Shown piece by piece: positions 22,917 through 32,394 of a stretch of DNA of 64,000 bases. Under the pieces are notes generated by a model. That model searched no databases and had not been told where the DNA came from. It worked only from the letters and a program-made list of their open reading frames with translations. The stretch lies in contig CALHVK010000115.1 in assembly GCA_938039195.1 (NCBI GenBank), positions 4,882 through 68,881 on the forward strand, written 5' to 3'. How positions within the stretch are numbered: position 1 is the first letter of the stretch; each line of letters opens with the position of its first letter. The position numbers and the translations under genes are program-made. This DNA is from an uncultured Carnobacteriaceae bacterium. Lineage in GTDB: Bacteria > Bacillota > Bacilli > Lactobacillales > Aerococcaceae.

Positions 22917-24566
22917 ATGGCAACAATTGATCGTTTCGCTACAGACACTATACGCAAGAGCAATCCGCATCTTTCGCAATTGAAGGCAACTATTGAACCA
23001 GCTTTTTATTCGAACAATGCGACTGAAATTCCGACTCTGGCAGAGGCGTATGAATTAGCGTCACAAGCACCTAATACAACAGTGTTAGATGCGTTCGTTG
23101 CAAACGCAAAGGATTTAGGATTACCGGAGGATGCACATATTCTTACGGTGGTTGATGGGAGCGTTGTAGGACGTACTGCAAAAGCTCGTCGAATTTTGGG
23201 TAATAATCCAGCAGAAGATGCTAAGATTATTCCGATTATTCGTGAAGAGATTTATAACAGTTCGTTCAGACCGTTTATTAAGGGTACAGCCGTTGTAGGT
23301 CTTGATGAAGACTTCATGGTGAAGGCACATATCACAATGCCTAAAGAACACATTAACAACTTGTACTCATGGTTATTGAACTTCCAAATTTTCAATGACC
23401 AATATAAGAGACGTTATGATGCGTCTAAACAATATGACGAAAATGATATTTTCATTTTCTTCGACCCAACTTGGAGACATCCTGATTACCCAGATGGATT
23501 AGCATTCTTTGATACAAAACATAACTGTGCTGCAATTTTAGGAATGAGTTATTTTGGGGAAATCAAAAAAGGAACGTTAACATTAGCATGGGCAACTGCC
23601 GCTCGTAACAACTACGTTTCTTGCCACGGTGGTTTGAAGATTTTCCGTAAAGAAGGCGCTTCTTACGTTGCAAGCTTCTTCGGATTATCTGGATCAGGTA
23701 AGTCTACATTAACACACGCAAAACATGACGATAAATACGACATTGAAGTATTACACGACGATGCATTTGTGATTTCGGTAGAAGATGGTTCATCTGTAGC
23801 TTTGGAACCTTCTTACTTCGACAAAACAAATGACTATCCAGCAGGTCACAGAGAACAAGATTACTTCGTAACGGTTCAAAACTGTGGTGTGACTCTGGAT
23901 GAAAACGGCCGTAAAGTATTAGTAACAGAAGATATTCGTAACGGTAACGGACGTACGGTTAAATCTCGTTATTCTACACCAAACCGTGTTGATAAGATTT
24001 CAGAACCAATTCAATCTATTTTCTGGATCATGAAAGATGATGCACTACCACCATTAGTGAAAATCACAGATCCACGTTTGGCATCTATTTTAGGATGTAC
24101 ATTAATGACAAAACGTTCTAATGCTGAAAATACAGGAGCTGGGGCAAACTTAGATGCGCTTGTTATCGAACCATACGCAAACCCATTCCGTGTATATCCA
24201 TTAGTAGAAGACTACGATAAATTCAAAGCATTATTTGATAAAGGTGTAGATTGCTACATCATCAATACAGGAGATTTCTTAGGTAAGAAAGTTACAAAAG
24301 AAGTTTCCCTTGGTGTCATTGAAACAGTAGTAGATGGTAAAGCAAACTTCGATTTATTCGGTGGCCTTCCAGGAATGGAATACTTACCAGTTGAAGGATA
24401 TGAAGTGCCTGAAATGAACGGCGATTACGCTGCGTTAATTCGTGACCGTATGCAATTCCGTCTAGACTACTTGAAAGCATTTAATGATGCAAATCCAGAA
24501 CATCCAATTCCAACAGATGCACTAGAAAGCATTAAGACAATCGAACGCTTTATCGACGTCTTATAA
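22917..24566 (+). CDS. pckA: Phosphoenolpyruvate carboxykinase (ATP), divergent Firmicutes type
   Basis: YFGEIKKG, CHGG, FFGLSGSGKSTL P-loop, HDD, YIINTG. Confidence 0.85.
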   Translation: MATIDRFATDTIRKSNPHLSQLKATIEPAFYSNNATEIPTLAEAYELASQAPNTTVLDAFVANAKDLGLPEDAHILTVVDGSVVGRTAKARRILGNNPAEDAKIIPIIREEIYNSSFRPFIKGTAVVGLDEDFMVKAHITMPKEHINNLYSWLLNFQIFNDQYKRRYDASKQYDENDIFIFFDPTWRHPDYPDGLAFFDTKHNCAAILGMSYFGEIKKGTLTLAWATAARNNYVSCHGGLKIFRKEGASYVASFFGLSGSGKSTLTHAKHDDKYDIEVLHDDAFVISVEDGSSVALEPSYFDKTNDYPAGHREQDYFVTVQNCGVTLDENGRKVLVTEDIRNGNGRTVKSRYSTPNRVDKISEPIQSIFWIMKDDALPPLVKITDPRLASILGCTLMTKRSNAENTGAGANLDALVIEPYANPFRVYPLVEDYDKFKALFDKGVDCYIINTGDFLGKKVTKEVSLGVIETVVDGKANFDLFGGLPGMEYLPVEGYEVPEMNGDYAALIRDRMQFRLDYLKAFNDANPEHPIPTDALESIKTIERFIDVL

Positions 24567-24581
24567 TGGAAGGAGTGTTCA

Positions 24582-25976
24582 GTGATGACTAGAAAAATAG
24601 GAATTACAGATACAATCTTACGGGATGCCCATCAATCTTTGATGGCAACCCGTATGCGAATTGAAGATATGCTTCCAGTTTTAGATCAACTTGATGAAGC
24701 AGGATTTGCTTCTTTGGAATGTTGGGGTGGAGCAACGTTTGACTCATGTATTCGTTTCTTAGATGAAGATCCATGGGACAGACTTCGTACCTTGAAAAAA
24801 CATTTAAAGAAAACACCGCTACAAATGTTATTACGCGGACAAAATATTTTAGGATATCGTCACTATGCTGATGATGTTGTCGAAAAATTTGTCGAAAAAT
24901 CAGCAGAAAACGGAATCGATATTTTCAGAATTTTCGATGCGTTGAATGATGTTCGTAACTTAGAAGCTTCACTAAACGCAGTGAAGAAAACAGGCAAAGA
25001 AGCGCAAATGACCATCTGCTATACGATTAGTGATGCGCATACTATCGACTATTACAAAGAACTAGCAGCAAAAATGCAAGAAATGGGTGCCGATTCTATC
25101 TGTGTGAAAGACATGGCCGGCATTTTGACACCAGCTAGAGGGATCGAGCTTGTTCGTGCATTAAAAGAAGTGATTACAGTGCCAATTGTTGTGCACACAC
25201 ACTGCACAAGCGGTATTGCGCAACTAACGTATCAAGCAGTCATTGAGGCCGGTGCAGACTGCATCGACACAGCACTTTCACCACTTAGTGAAGGTACAAG
25301 TCAACCACCTACGGAATCATTAGTCATCGCACTTCGCGAATTAGGCTATGATATTACTGTCGATTTGGCAAAATTAGAACCAATTGCAGACCACTTCCGA
25401 GAAATTAAAGATAAATACATTAAAGATGGAACATTAAATCCAAAAATGTTAACACCAGATCCACGTGCACTTTTATATCAAGTGCCTGGTGGAATGTTAT
25501 CAAATATGTATTCTCAATTAACGCAAGCAGGCGCAACTGATAAATACGAAGAAGTATTAAAAGAAGTACCTAAGGTAAGAGCAGATCTTGGATATCCACC
25601 ACTCGTTACTCCAATGAGTCAAATGGTGGGAACACAAGCAACGATGAACGTTCTTACAGGTCAACGCTACAAAGTGGTTTCTAATGAAGTGAAAGCTTAC
25701 TTACTTGGTTCGTATGGTCAATCACCAGTACCAATTCAAGAAAGCTTTAGAAGAAGCATCATTGGTGACCAAGAAGTCATCAGCGATCGACCAGCAAACC
25801 ACTTGCCACCTGAATTCGAAACACTCAAAGCAGAACTTGGAGATTTAGCAAGAAGTGACGAAGATGTCTTAACTTACGCACTCTTCCCTAAAGTCGGTAA
25901 AGAATTCTTGCTCAAGAAGAATGGACAATGGCAAAAACCATCTGAAATCGTGAAGATTTTTGCGACTGTAAAGTGA
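24582..25976 (+). CDS. oadA: Oxaloacetate decarboxylase alpha subunit (carboxyltransferase domain only)
   Basis: LRDAHQSLMATR, ECWGGATFD, VKDMAG, HTH metal motif, LGYPPLVTP; no biotinyl domain. Confidence 0.9.
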   Translation: MMTRKIGITDTILRDAHQSLMATRMRIEDMLPVLDQLDEAGFASLECWGGATFDSCIRFLDEDPWDRLRTLKKHLKKTPLQMLLRGQNILGYRHYADDVVEKFVEKSAENGIDIFRIFDALNDVRNLEASLNAVKKTGKEAQMTICYTISDAHTIDYYKELAAKMQEMGADSICVKDMAGILTPARGIELVRALKEVITVPIVVHTHCTSGIAQLTYQAVIEAGADCIDTALSPLSEGTSQPPTESLVIALRELGYDITVDLAKLEPIADHFREIKDKYIKDGTLNPKMLTPDPRALLYQVPGGMLSNMYSQLTQAGATDKYEEVLKEVPKVRADLGYPPLVTPMSQMVGTQATMNVLTGQRYKVVSNEVKAYLLGSYGQSPVPIQESFRRSIIGDQEVISDRPANHLPPEFETLKAELGDLARSDEDVLTYALFPKVGKEFLLKKNGQWQKPSEIVKIFATVK

Positions 25977-25986
25977 GGAGAGAGTT

Positions 25987-26304
25987 ATGCACTTAAGTTT
26001 ATTAGAAATCCTATGGATCACAATCGTTTCAATGGGAATTGTGTTTGTGATGTTGACGATTCTAATGTTTCTCATGCAAGGAAGCTCTAAAGTTATCCAA
26101 ATGTTGGAAGCAAAGAGTCATCCCACTGCTGGAGTTGTAGGCAAACCCGTTGAGATGAAGCCTGAAATTCCAACAAATGATGGAACACTATTTGAAACGA
26201 ATAAACTTGCTCGAGTTGCCGCACTGGTCGCTTTAACAAAAGCGAGTGCGGATGTTCCGGACAAGCACTTTGAAATTGTATCGATTGAAAAGAAGGTGGA
26301 CTAA
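25987..26304 (+). CDS. oadG: OadG-family gamma/delta subunit of Na+-translocating decarboxylase
   Basis: Single N-terminal TM (SMGIVFVMLTIL), Pro-containing linker, VAALVA; operon position. Confidence 0.75.
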   Translation: MHLSLLEILWITIVSMGIVFVMLTILMFLMQGSSKVIQMLEAKSHPTAGVVGKPVEMKPEIPTNDGTLFETNKLARVAALVALTKASADVPDKHFEIVSIEKKVD

Positions 26305-26679
26305 ATGAAAAAATACGAAGTAGAAGTGAATGGCGAAACATTTATCGTCTCACTTAAAGAAATTTCAAATGAAGAAGCAACACAAAAATTAGCGGCTGCT
26401 CCAACTCCAGCACCTAGTGCGCCAGTGGAAGAAAAGAAAGCTGCCTCTTCCCCTGCTCCAACAGGAGACGGTGAAGTGGTACCTGCTCCAATGGCTGGGA
26501 TTGTATTATCGATCAGCAAAAATGTCGGTGATGCAGTGAAAAAAGGAGATGTACTTGTGATTTTAGAAGCCATGAAGATGGAAAATGAAATCCTTGCTCC
26601 CGCTGACGGTGTTGTGAAAGCAATTCATGTATCAAGTAATGAATCTGTCGAATCGAACCAACCACTCTTAACGATTTAG
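26305..26679 (+). CDS. Biotin carboxyl carrier subunit of the decarboxylase
   Basis: YEVEVNG, Ala/Pro linker, APMAG, EAMKMENE biotinylation motif. Confidence 0.92.
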   Translation: MKKYEVEVNGETFIVSLKEISNEEATQKLAAAPTPAPSAPVEEKKAASSPAPTGDGEVVPAPMAGIVLSISKNVGDAVKKGDVLVILEAMKMENEILAPADGVVKAIHVSSNESVESNQPLLTI

Positions 26680-26692
26680 GAGGCGATGGTTT

Positions 26693-27820
26693 ATGGAAGT
26701 CATTCAACAGTTGATTGAAACAAGTGGGATTTATAACTTAACGATTCAAAACATCATTATGTTAATTATCGCCTGCGTGTTTCTATATCTAGGGATTAAA
26801 CGAGGGTATGAACCATACTTAATGGTTCCGATTGCGTTCGGGATGCTCCTTGTAAACTTACCATTAGCAGGATTAATGGATGCCCCTACTGAAAATGGAC
26901 CTGGTGGACTCTTGTATTACTTATATCAAGGAACAAACCTTGGTATTTATCCACCATTGATTTTCCTTTGCTTAGGTGCGTCAACAGACTTTGGACCGCT
27001 ACTTGCAAATCCAAAGACCATCTTGCTTGGTGGGGCAGCTCAATTCGGTATTTTCGTCGCATTCTTCCTTTCAGTAATGTGGGGAATGACACCGCAAGAA
27101 GCTGCTTCAGTAGGGATTATCGGGGGTGCGGATGGACCAACAGCCTTGTTCTTAACAACAAGACTTGCACCGCACTTATTACCAGCAATCGCCCTAGCAG
27201 CGTACTCATATATGGCGCTTGTGCCAATTATTCAACCGCCAATTATTCGTGCGCTCACAACGAAGAAAGAACGCCTTGTGAAGATGACAGAAAACCGTAA
27301 AGTGAGTGAAACGGAAAAAATTCTTTTCCCAATCATCGTTACTATTTTCGTCAGCTTATTAGTACCAAGTGCAACACCATTAGTAGGATGCTTAATGCTC
27401 GGTAACTTAATTAAAGAAATTAAGGTAGTCCCAAACATTACAAAAGTTCTACAAAATGCGATGATGTACGGAGTTACTATTATTTTAGGATTAACCGTTG
27501 GAGCGAAAGCAACAGGGGAATTATTCTTATCAGTATCGACTCTTAAAATTACTTTACTAGGATTAATCGCTTTTGCTGCAGGTACTGCGGCGGGGGTTAT
27601 TATGGGTAAATTGATGTACAAACTATCTGGCGGTAAAATCAATCCAATGATCGGTGCAGCAGGGGTGTCTGCCGTACCAATGGCCGCTCGTGTTGTACAA
27701 AAAGAAGGACAAAGAGAAGACCCAAGTAACTACTTATTAATGCACGCAATGGGACCAAACGTAGCCGGAGTTATCGGTAGTGCCATTGCTGCAGGGGTAT
27801 TACTCGCATTCTTCTCATAA
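26693..27820 (+). CDS. oadB: Na+-translocating decarboxylase beta subunit
   Basis: YEPYLMVPI, IIGGADGPT, AAYSYMALVP, GVSAVPMAAR, MGPNVAGVIGS. Confidence 0.95.
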   Translation: MEVIQQLIETSGIYNLTIQNIIMLIIACVFLYLGIKRGYEPYLMVPIAFGMLLVNLPLAGLMDAPTENGPGGLLYYLYQGTNLGIYPPLIFLCLGASTDFGPLLANPKTILLGGAAQFGIFVAFFLSVMWGMTPQEAASVGIIGGADGPTALFLTTRLAPHLLPAIALAAYSYMALVPIIQPPIIRALTTKKERLVKMTENRKVSETEKILFPIIVTIFVSLLVPSATPLVGCLMLGNLIKEIKVVPNITKVLQNAMMYGVTIILGLTVGAKATGELFLSVSTLKITLLGLIAFAAGTAAGVIMGKLMYKLSGGKINPMIGAAGVSAVPMAARVVQKEGQREDPSNYLLMHAMGPNVAGVIGSAIAAGVLLAFFS

Positions 27821-27840
27821 TAGAAGCACTCCTTTCAAAC

Positions 27841-27879
27841 AAAAATCAGAAGAAGAGAAATCTTCTTCTGATTTTTTTT
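27841..27879 (+). terminator. Intrinsic terminator after oadB
   Basis: AAAATCAGAAGAAGA/TCTTCTTCTGATTTT stem plus T run. Confidence 0.85.
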
Positions 27880-27905
27880 GCGTAGTTAGGGGTGAGGTGA
27901 GTGAG

Positions 27906-29264
27906 ATGGAGGGAGCTGTTGGACGTATTCAAGCTGTCTATCAATCGATGCTAAAAGAGCATGAAGTGCCTACGAATGCAGTGCTAGATGTTGGAATTGC
28001 CATCAAAAATGGGAAGAAAGAGTGCCAGTTTTGTGGAAATACCGAGCGGTTGGAATTTGCTAAAGGACCTTGCTTGAATTGCGCAGGAGGTGAATGTTGG
28101 TATTGCTTGAAATGTATTGGAATGGGAAAGGTGAAGGCATGTAGTGTGTTGATTGCGACTCCTGAAGAAGAGGAGCCTTTTCCAAAAAGAGAAGAAAGAT
28201 TAGCGCATTACAAACATACCTTAAGTGCAAAACAGGAACAGCTATCTTTGGAGTGCTTGCAAGTCGTAAAGCAAACAGGATTCCGTGAGCACTTACTCTG
28301 GGCCGTGACAGGTTCAGGGAAAACGGAGATGATTTTTTCAAGTATCGAATGGATGTTACAACAAGGGAAACGAGTCGCTATTGCCGCGCCAAGAATTGAT
28401 GTGTGCGTGGAATTAGCGCCGCGCTTGAAGGAAGCTTTCCCTACAGTCGAGCAGAACGTCCTACATTCACAGTCGGAGGAAGGATACAAGAGAGTGCCAC
28501 TGACGATTGCGACGACACACCAGATGCTCCGGTTCTACCGCGCGTTTGATTTGATCGTGATTGATGAGACAGATTCGTTTCCTTATCGGGATAATGAATT
28601 ACTCATTCGGGCAGTGCATCGTGCACTGAAAGAGGACGGCTGTTTGCTTTATTTGACAGCAACACCTTCCCAGACGCTAGAGAAAAGAATCAAACGAAAA
28701 GAGCTGTCGGTATCCTTGCTACCGGAGCGATATCATAAGAAACCATTAGTCGTTCCAACGATGGTTTATAGTGGTGACTTAGAAAAAAGATTACGCAAGA
28801 AGAAAATTCCTAAACCATTGCAACGGTTTATCGAAGAACATGTAAGAGTAGGAAAACGATTTTTGTTATTTGTACCAAGAATTACACTACTAAGTCCGAT
28901 AGAAGCATCCCTTAGACGAAAATTTCCAAATGCAAAATTCGAGACGGTTAGTTCTAAAGAACCATCTCGGCAAGCAAGAATTGCGCAAATGAGAGCAGGA
29001 GAGCTTGATTTTTTGGTGACGACCACCATTCTTGAACGAGGAGTGACTTTTCCTGGGGTGGACGTTTGCGTCATCAATGCTCATGAAGAGGAATTCTCAA
29101 GGGAAGTACTCGTGCAAATCGCAGGACGGGTTGGACGTACAGCAGAATACCCAACAGGAGAAGTGGTGTATTTTCATAATGGAAAAACTAAAGCGATGGT
29201 CCAGGCGGTCAGGGAAATTGAAGACTTAAATAAACAAGCACTTCGGGGGAGGGAGTCCAAATGA
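27906..29264 (+). CDS. comFA: Competence helicase-like ATPase ComFA
   Basis: Cys zinc motifs, WAVTGSGKTEM, PRIDVC, TTHQ, DETD, TTILERGVTF, QIAGRVGR; ATG 27906 follows GAGGTGA (start revised). Confidence 0.92.
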   Translation: MEGAVGRIQAVYQSMLKEHEVPTNAVLDVGIAIKNGKKECQFCGNTERLEFAKGPCLNCAGGECWYCLKCIGMGKVKACSVLIATPEEEEPFPKREERLAHYKHTLSAKQEQLSLECLQVVKQTGFREHLLWAVTGSGKTEMIFSSIEWMLQQGKRVAIAAPRIDVCVELAPRLKEAFPTVEQNVLHSQSEEGYKRVPLTIATTHQMLRFYRAFDLIVIDETDSFPYRDNELLIRAVHRALKEDGCLLYLTATPSQTLEKRIKRKELSVSLLPERYHKKPLVVPTMVYSGDLEKRLRKKKIPKPLQRFIEEHVRVGKRFLLFVPRITLLSPIEASLRRKFPNAKFETVSSKEPSRQARIAQMRAGELDFLVTTTILERGVTFPGVDVCVINAHEEEFSREVLVQIAGRVGRTAEYPTGEVVYFHNGKTKAMVQAVREIEDLNKQALRGRESK

Positions 29265-29941
29265 AATGTTTATGGTGCGGAGAAGAAGTGGAACACTCTC
29301 AACCAATACTCTCGTTTTTACTAGGAGCAAATAGAAAGTGCATTTGCGTCAATTGTGAACAGCCCTTTATGCAATTAAAACAACAACCTACTTGCCTAGA
29401 GTGTGGACGGCTGATGACAAAAGTAGAGGTGTGCCCGGATTGTCAAAAATGGCATCAAGTAAAAGAAGCGGTGCTTTTAAAGAATACGGTCTTGTATGCT
29501 TATGACGAGGCCGGGCGAAAGTTTATGGAGTTATTCAAATTTGTGGGAGATACTAGAGTGATGGCGTTGGTCATCAAAGAGTTAAGACGAGAATTGCTTG
29601 GGTATCAAAAGAAAGGATATGTTCTTTGTCCATTACCGTCGTCCGAAGCGAGTCTAAAAAAGAGGGAATTCGAGACGATTCCAACTTTACTGAAACAGTG
29701 CCAGGTACCAACCGTTTCGCTTTTAGAACATATTGGCAAGGGGAAGAAGCAATCCGAGAAGACAAGGCAGGAGCGTTTGCAACTAAAACAACCGTTTAGG
29801 GTCAAAGAAGGAGCCGTGATTCCCAAAAGAGTCTTATTGGTGGACGATGTTTATACGACAGGTGCCACATTGCATCTGGCTGCAAAAGTGTTAATCAAAA
29901 TGGGTGTTGAAGAGGTAGAATCTCTGACATTATTTAGATAA
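29261..29941 (+). CDS. comFC: Competence protein ComFC (double zinc ribbon plus PRTase-like domain)
   Basis: Four CxxC pairs, LLVDDVYTTGAT; overlaps comFA stop. Confidence 0.92.
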   Translation: MKCLWCGEEVEHSQPILSFLLGANRKCICVNCEQPFMQLKQQPTCLECGRLMTKVEVCPDCQKWHQVKEAVLLKNTVLYAYDEAGRKFMELFKFVGDTRVMALVIKELRRELLGYQKKGYVLCPLPSSEASLKKREFETIPTLLKQCQVPTVSLLEHIGKGKKQSEKTRQERLQLKQPFRVKEGAVIPKRVLLVDDVYTTGATLHLAAKVLIKMGVEEVESLTLFR

Positions 29942-29945
29942 AAAG

Positions 29946-29979
29946 TGTATCATGCATGATATGTATCATGTATGATACA
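29946..29979. repeat. Tandem pair of 16-bp palindromic units
   Basis: GTATCATGCATGATAT followed by GTATCATGTATGATAC. Confidence 0.8.
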
Positions 29980-29993
29980 AAACCAATCGACAA

Positions 29994-30025
29994 AACAGCC
30001 CAAGCAGATTTCTGCTTGGGCTGTT
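29994..30025. terminator. Terminator hairpin between convergent comFC and gldA
   Basis: AACAGCCCAAGCAGA/TCTGCTTGGGCTGTT. Confidence 0.8.
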
Positions 30026-30044
30026 GGAATCTATCTAGTTATTT

Positions 30045-31139
30045 TTAGAATCTTGTAGTGACATATTGGTCAAGAGCAAGAAGAGCATTTGCGACATCTT
30101 CGGCAGTATAGTCAACAATCATTTGGTGGATGGTTTCGCCTTCTTGTGTTGCAAGGGCCCCAATCTTGAGTAAGTCTTCATATGGTACAGAATCCAATTT
30201 TACTTCTTTGAGCGTTGTTGGTAATCCAAGTGCTTGATAGAAAGTAATGTATTTATCGAGTTCTTCTTTTGGACGATTTTCTAATAACAGTTGTGTCAAT
30301 GTACCATAAGCTACTTTTTCACCGTGAGTTAGAGAGTGGATGTCTCCGTGAATGGCAGTGAATCCGTTATGGATAGCATGTGCTGCTGCTAAACCAGCTG
30401 ATTCAAAACCGATACCGCTAAGTAGTGTGTTCGCTTCTACCACGGCTTCTAAAGCAGGTGTCACTACTTTGGCATTTGCTGCGGCTACGGCTTGTAGACC
30501 ATTTTCGAATAAAGTACTTTCGCAGACACGAGCGATGGCTTCTGCTGCAATCGTTGGCACTTGACCAACCATTGTGCCTCCTTGTGCTTCAATGACTGCA
30601 CGAGCCTCAACCCAAGTAGCAAGCGCATCGGCAATTCCTGAGATTAATAAACGAACAGGAGCATTGGCAATGACCTTTGTATCGACTAATACTAATTCTG
30701 GATTTTTCTTGTAGAAACGATAGCGTTCAAACACGCCTTCTGCTGAATAAATAACAGAGAGGGCAGAAGTTGGAGCATCCGTTGAAGCAATTGTTGGTAA
30801 AATAGCTACCGGACAATTGGAGTCATCCGCAATCGCTTTGGCAGTATCGATAGTTTTACCACCACCTAAGCCGATGACTACGTTTAGTTGATGTTCCTTC
30901 ACAACTTCAGCAACGCGACGAACTTCATCATTAGTAGCTTCACCATGGAAGATTTCACGATGAACAAATGCGCCTTCTTTAACGAGGTTTTCTTCCAGTT
31001 CTTTACCGACTAAATCATAAACGATAGGGTCGCAAAGAAGGAGAAGTCGATCTCCCAAAGCCAACACGTGAGAAAGACCAGTTTTAAGAACATCTTTCCC
31101 TTGAACATAACGAGACGGACTAGCAAATACTTTTTCCAT
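30045..31139 (-). CDS. gldA: Glycerol dehydrogenase
   Basis: SPSRYVQG, GLGGGKTID, ASTDAPTS, AAAHAIHNG, HGEKVAYG. Confidence 0.95.
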   Translation of the reverse strand: MEKVFASPSRYVQGKDVLKTGLSHVLALGDRLLLLCDPIVYDLVGKELEENLVKEGAFVHREIFHGEATNDEVRRVAEVVKEHQLNVVIGLGGGKTIDTAKAIADDSNCPVAILPTIASTDAPTSALSVIYSAEGVFERYRFYKKNPELVLVDTKVIANAPVRLLISGIADALATWVEARAVIEAQGGTMVGQVPTIAAEAIARVCESTLFENGLQAVAAANAKVVTPALEAVVEANTLLSGIGFESAGLAAAHAIHNGFTAIHGDIHSLTHGEKVAYGTLTQLLLENRPKEELDKYITFYQALGLPTTLKEVKLDSVPYEDLLKIGALATQEGETIHQMIVDYTAEDVANALLALDQYVTTRF

Positions 31140-31173
31140 AAGAGTAACTCCTTTATAATTTGTTTACTACTTC

Positions 31174-31202
31174 ACTATATCGTTGAAAACGATTTCTGTA
31201 AA
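31174..31202 (-). promoter_or_regulatory. gldA promoter with cre site in the spacer
   Basis: Minus strand TTTACA-17bp-TATAGT; TGAAAACGATTTCT at 31184-31197 matches the cre consensus. Confidence 0.6.
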
Positions 31203-31405
31203 TGAAGATTCTGTGTTGTTTTAACTAGGGATCTAAGACTTTCGAGAAAGGGGAAGAGATTGACTGAGGAAGAGATTGATTTTTCTTGGGAATGATTCTA
31301 ATCTTCAATGCTGTATGATTTTTCAAGTCATGAAAACAAAATTTCGCCAAAGAAAAGTCCTCAAAAATACCGTTTTTCCTTAACAATTCTTAATGAAAGA
31401 ATATT

Positions 31406-31443
31406 TGAAAACGGTTGTAAAAGCCCTGTACATGCTTTATAAT
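31406..31443 (+). promoter_or_regulatory. hpf promoter with cre-like site overlapping -35
   Basis: TTGTAA-17bp-TATAAT; TGAAAACGGTTGTA at 31406-31419. Confidence 0.55.
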
Positions 31444-31533
31444 AAAACTATAGAAATCAAACGAAGCAATTCCTAAGAGTGGTCCTTAGGTATTTCTTCA
31501 AATCTGGTTTTCCAGATGAAAGGGGAGAGTATT

Positions 31534-32076
31534 ATGTTTAAATATAATATCCGTGGAGAAAATATTGAGGTCACAGAAGCGATTCGTCAATACGCAGAAA
31601 AGAAAATTAGCAAATTAGAGAAATACTTTACTGACGTTGCTAATGCGACTGTATACGTCAACTTGAAAGTCTATGCTGAAAAGACTGCAAAAGTTGAAGT
31701 TACGATCCCACTTCCTTATTTAGTTCTACGTGCCGAGGAAACTTCAATTGATTTATATGGAAGTATTGACTTGGTAGTCGATAAACTTGAAAGACAAGTT
31801 CGTAAACATAAAACAAAAATCAATCGTAAATCTCGCGAAAAAGGATTCGATATTGTGTTACCACCACTTCCAGAAGTGACTGAAGAGGAGGAAACAGGAT
31901 TAGAAATCGTTCGTACAAAACGAATTGATTTGAAACCAATGGATAGCGAAGAAGCGGTTCTTCAAATGAACATGTTAGGACATAACTTCTTTATCTACCA
32001 AGATGCTGAAACGAACGAAACAAACATTGTTTATCGTCGTAAAGATGGAAAATATGGTTTGATTGAAACGAATTAA
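31534..32076 (+). CDS. hpf: Ribosome hibernation promoting factor (long HPF/RaiA)
   Basis: IRGENIEVTEAIR, DLYGSIDLVVDKLERQ, KPMDSEEAVLQM, YRRKDGKYGLIE; ATG 31534 follows GGGGAG. Confidence 0.96.
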   Translation: MFKYNIRGENIEVTEAIRQYAEKKISKLEKYFTDVANATVYVNLKVYAEKTAKVEVTIPLPYLVLRAEETSIDLYGSIDLVVDKLERQVRKHKTKINRKSREKGFDIVLPPLPEVTEEEETGLEIVRTKRIDLKPMDSEEAVLQMNMLGHNFFIYQDAETNETNIVYRRKDGKYGLIETN

Positions 32077-32085
32077 TAGAATTTT

Positions 32086-32112
32086 AGGTGGCTTTTTTAA
32101 GCCACCTTTTTT
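32086..32112 (+). terminator. Intrinsic terminator after hpf
   Basis: AGGTGGCTT/AAGCCACCT stem plus T run. Confidence 0.85.
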
Positions 32113-32394
32113 GTCGTGAACCCAAATCGTGCTTATAAATAATGAGGTTGCGTATGAAAAAAAGCAGCAATAACTCTCCGTTTGGAACAGAAATCGGGTT
32201 TCATTGACTTAAAACCTTAAAAAAAATAGGGGGACTTTGAAAAAAAGTCACCTTTTTTACTTTCTTAATTAGTTAAACAATGGTAGAATGAATAAGATGC
32301 AATAGGTGTAGTCACCTATTTGTAGTACTTTTATGAGATTTAAAATGTTCACCGATTTAAAAACAGTGGTGAAAATAAAAAAGGAGTTAATTAA

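Noticed and set aside
24582..25976. oadA as a truncated pseudogene or pyruvate carboxylase
   Set aside because: The biotin carrier is a separate downstream gene and oadB is present, matching the split Firmicutes OAD architecture; no biotin carboxylase nearby
27872..27890. ComX/cin box upstream of comFA (and of coiA near 50710-50725)
   Set aside because: T-tracts are terminator tails and the following 8-mers match TACGAATA at only about half of the positions
31140..31533. raiA-motif RNA upstream of hpf, and direct repeat GGAAGAGATTGA x2 near 31252-31279
   Set aside because: The predicted hpf leader is only about 85 nt with two small hairpins; the region is explained by divergent promoters and the repeat has no supporting context
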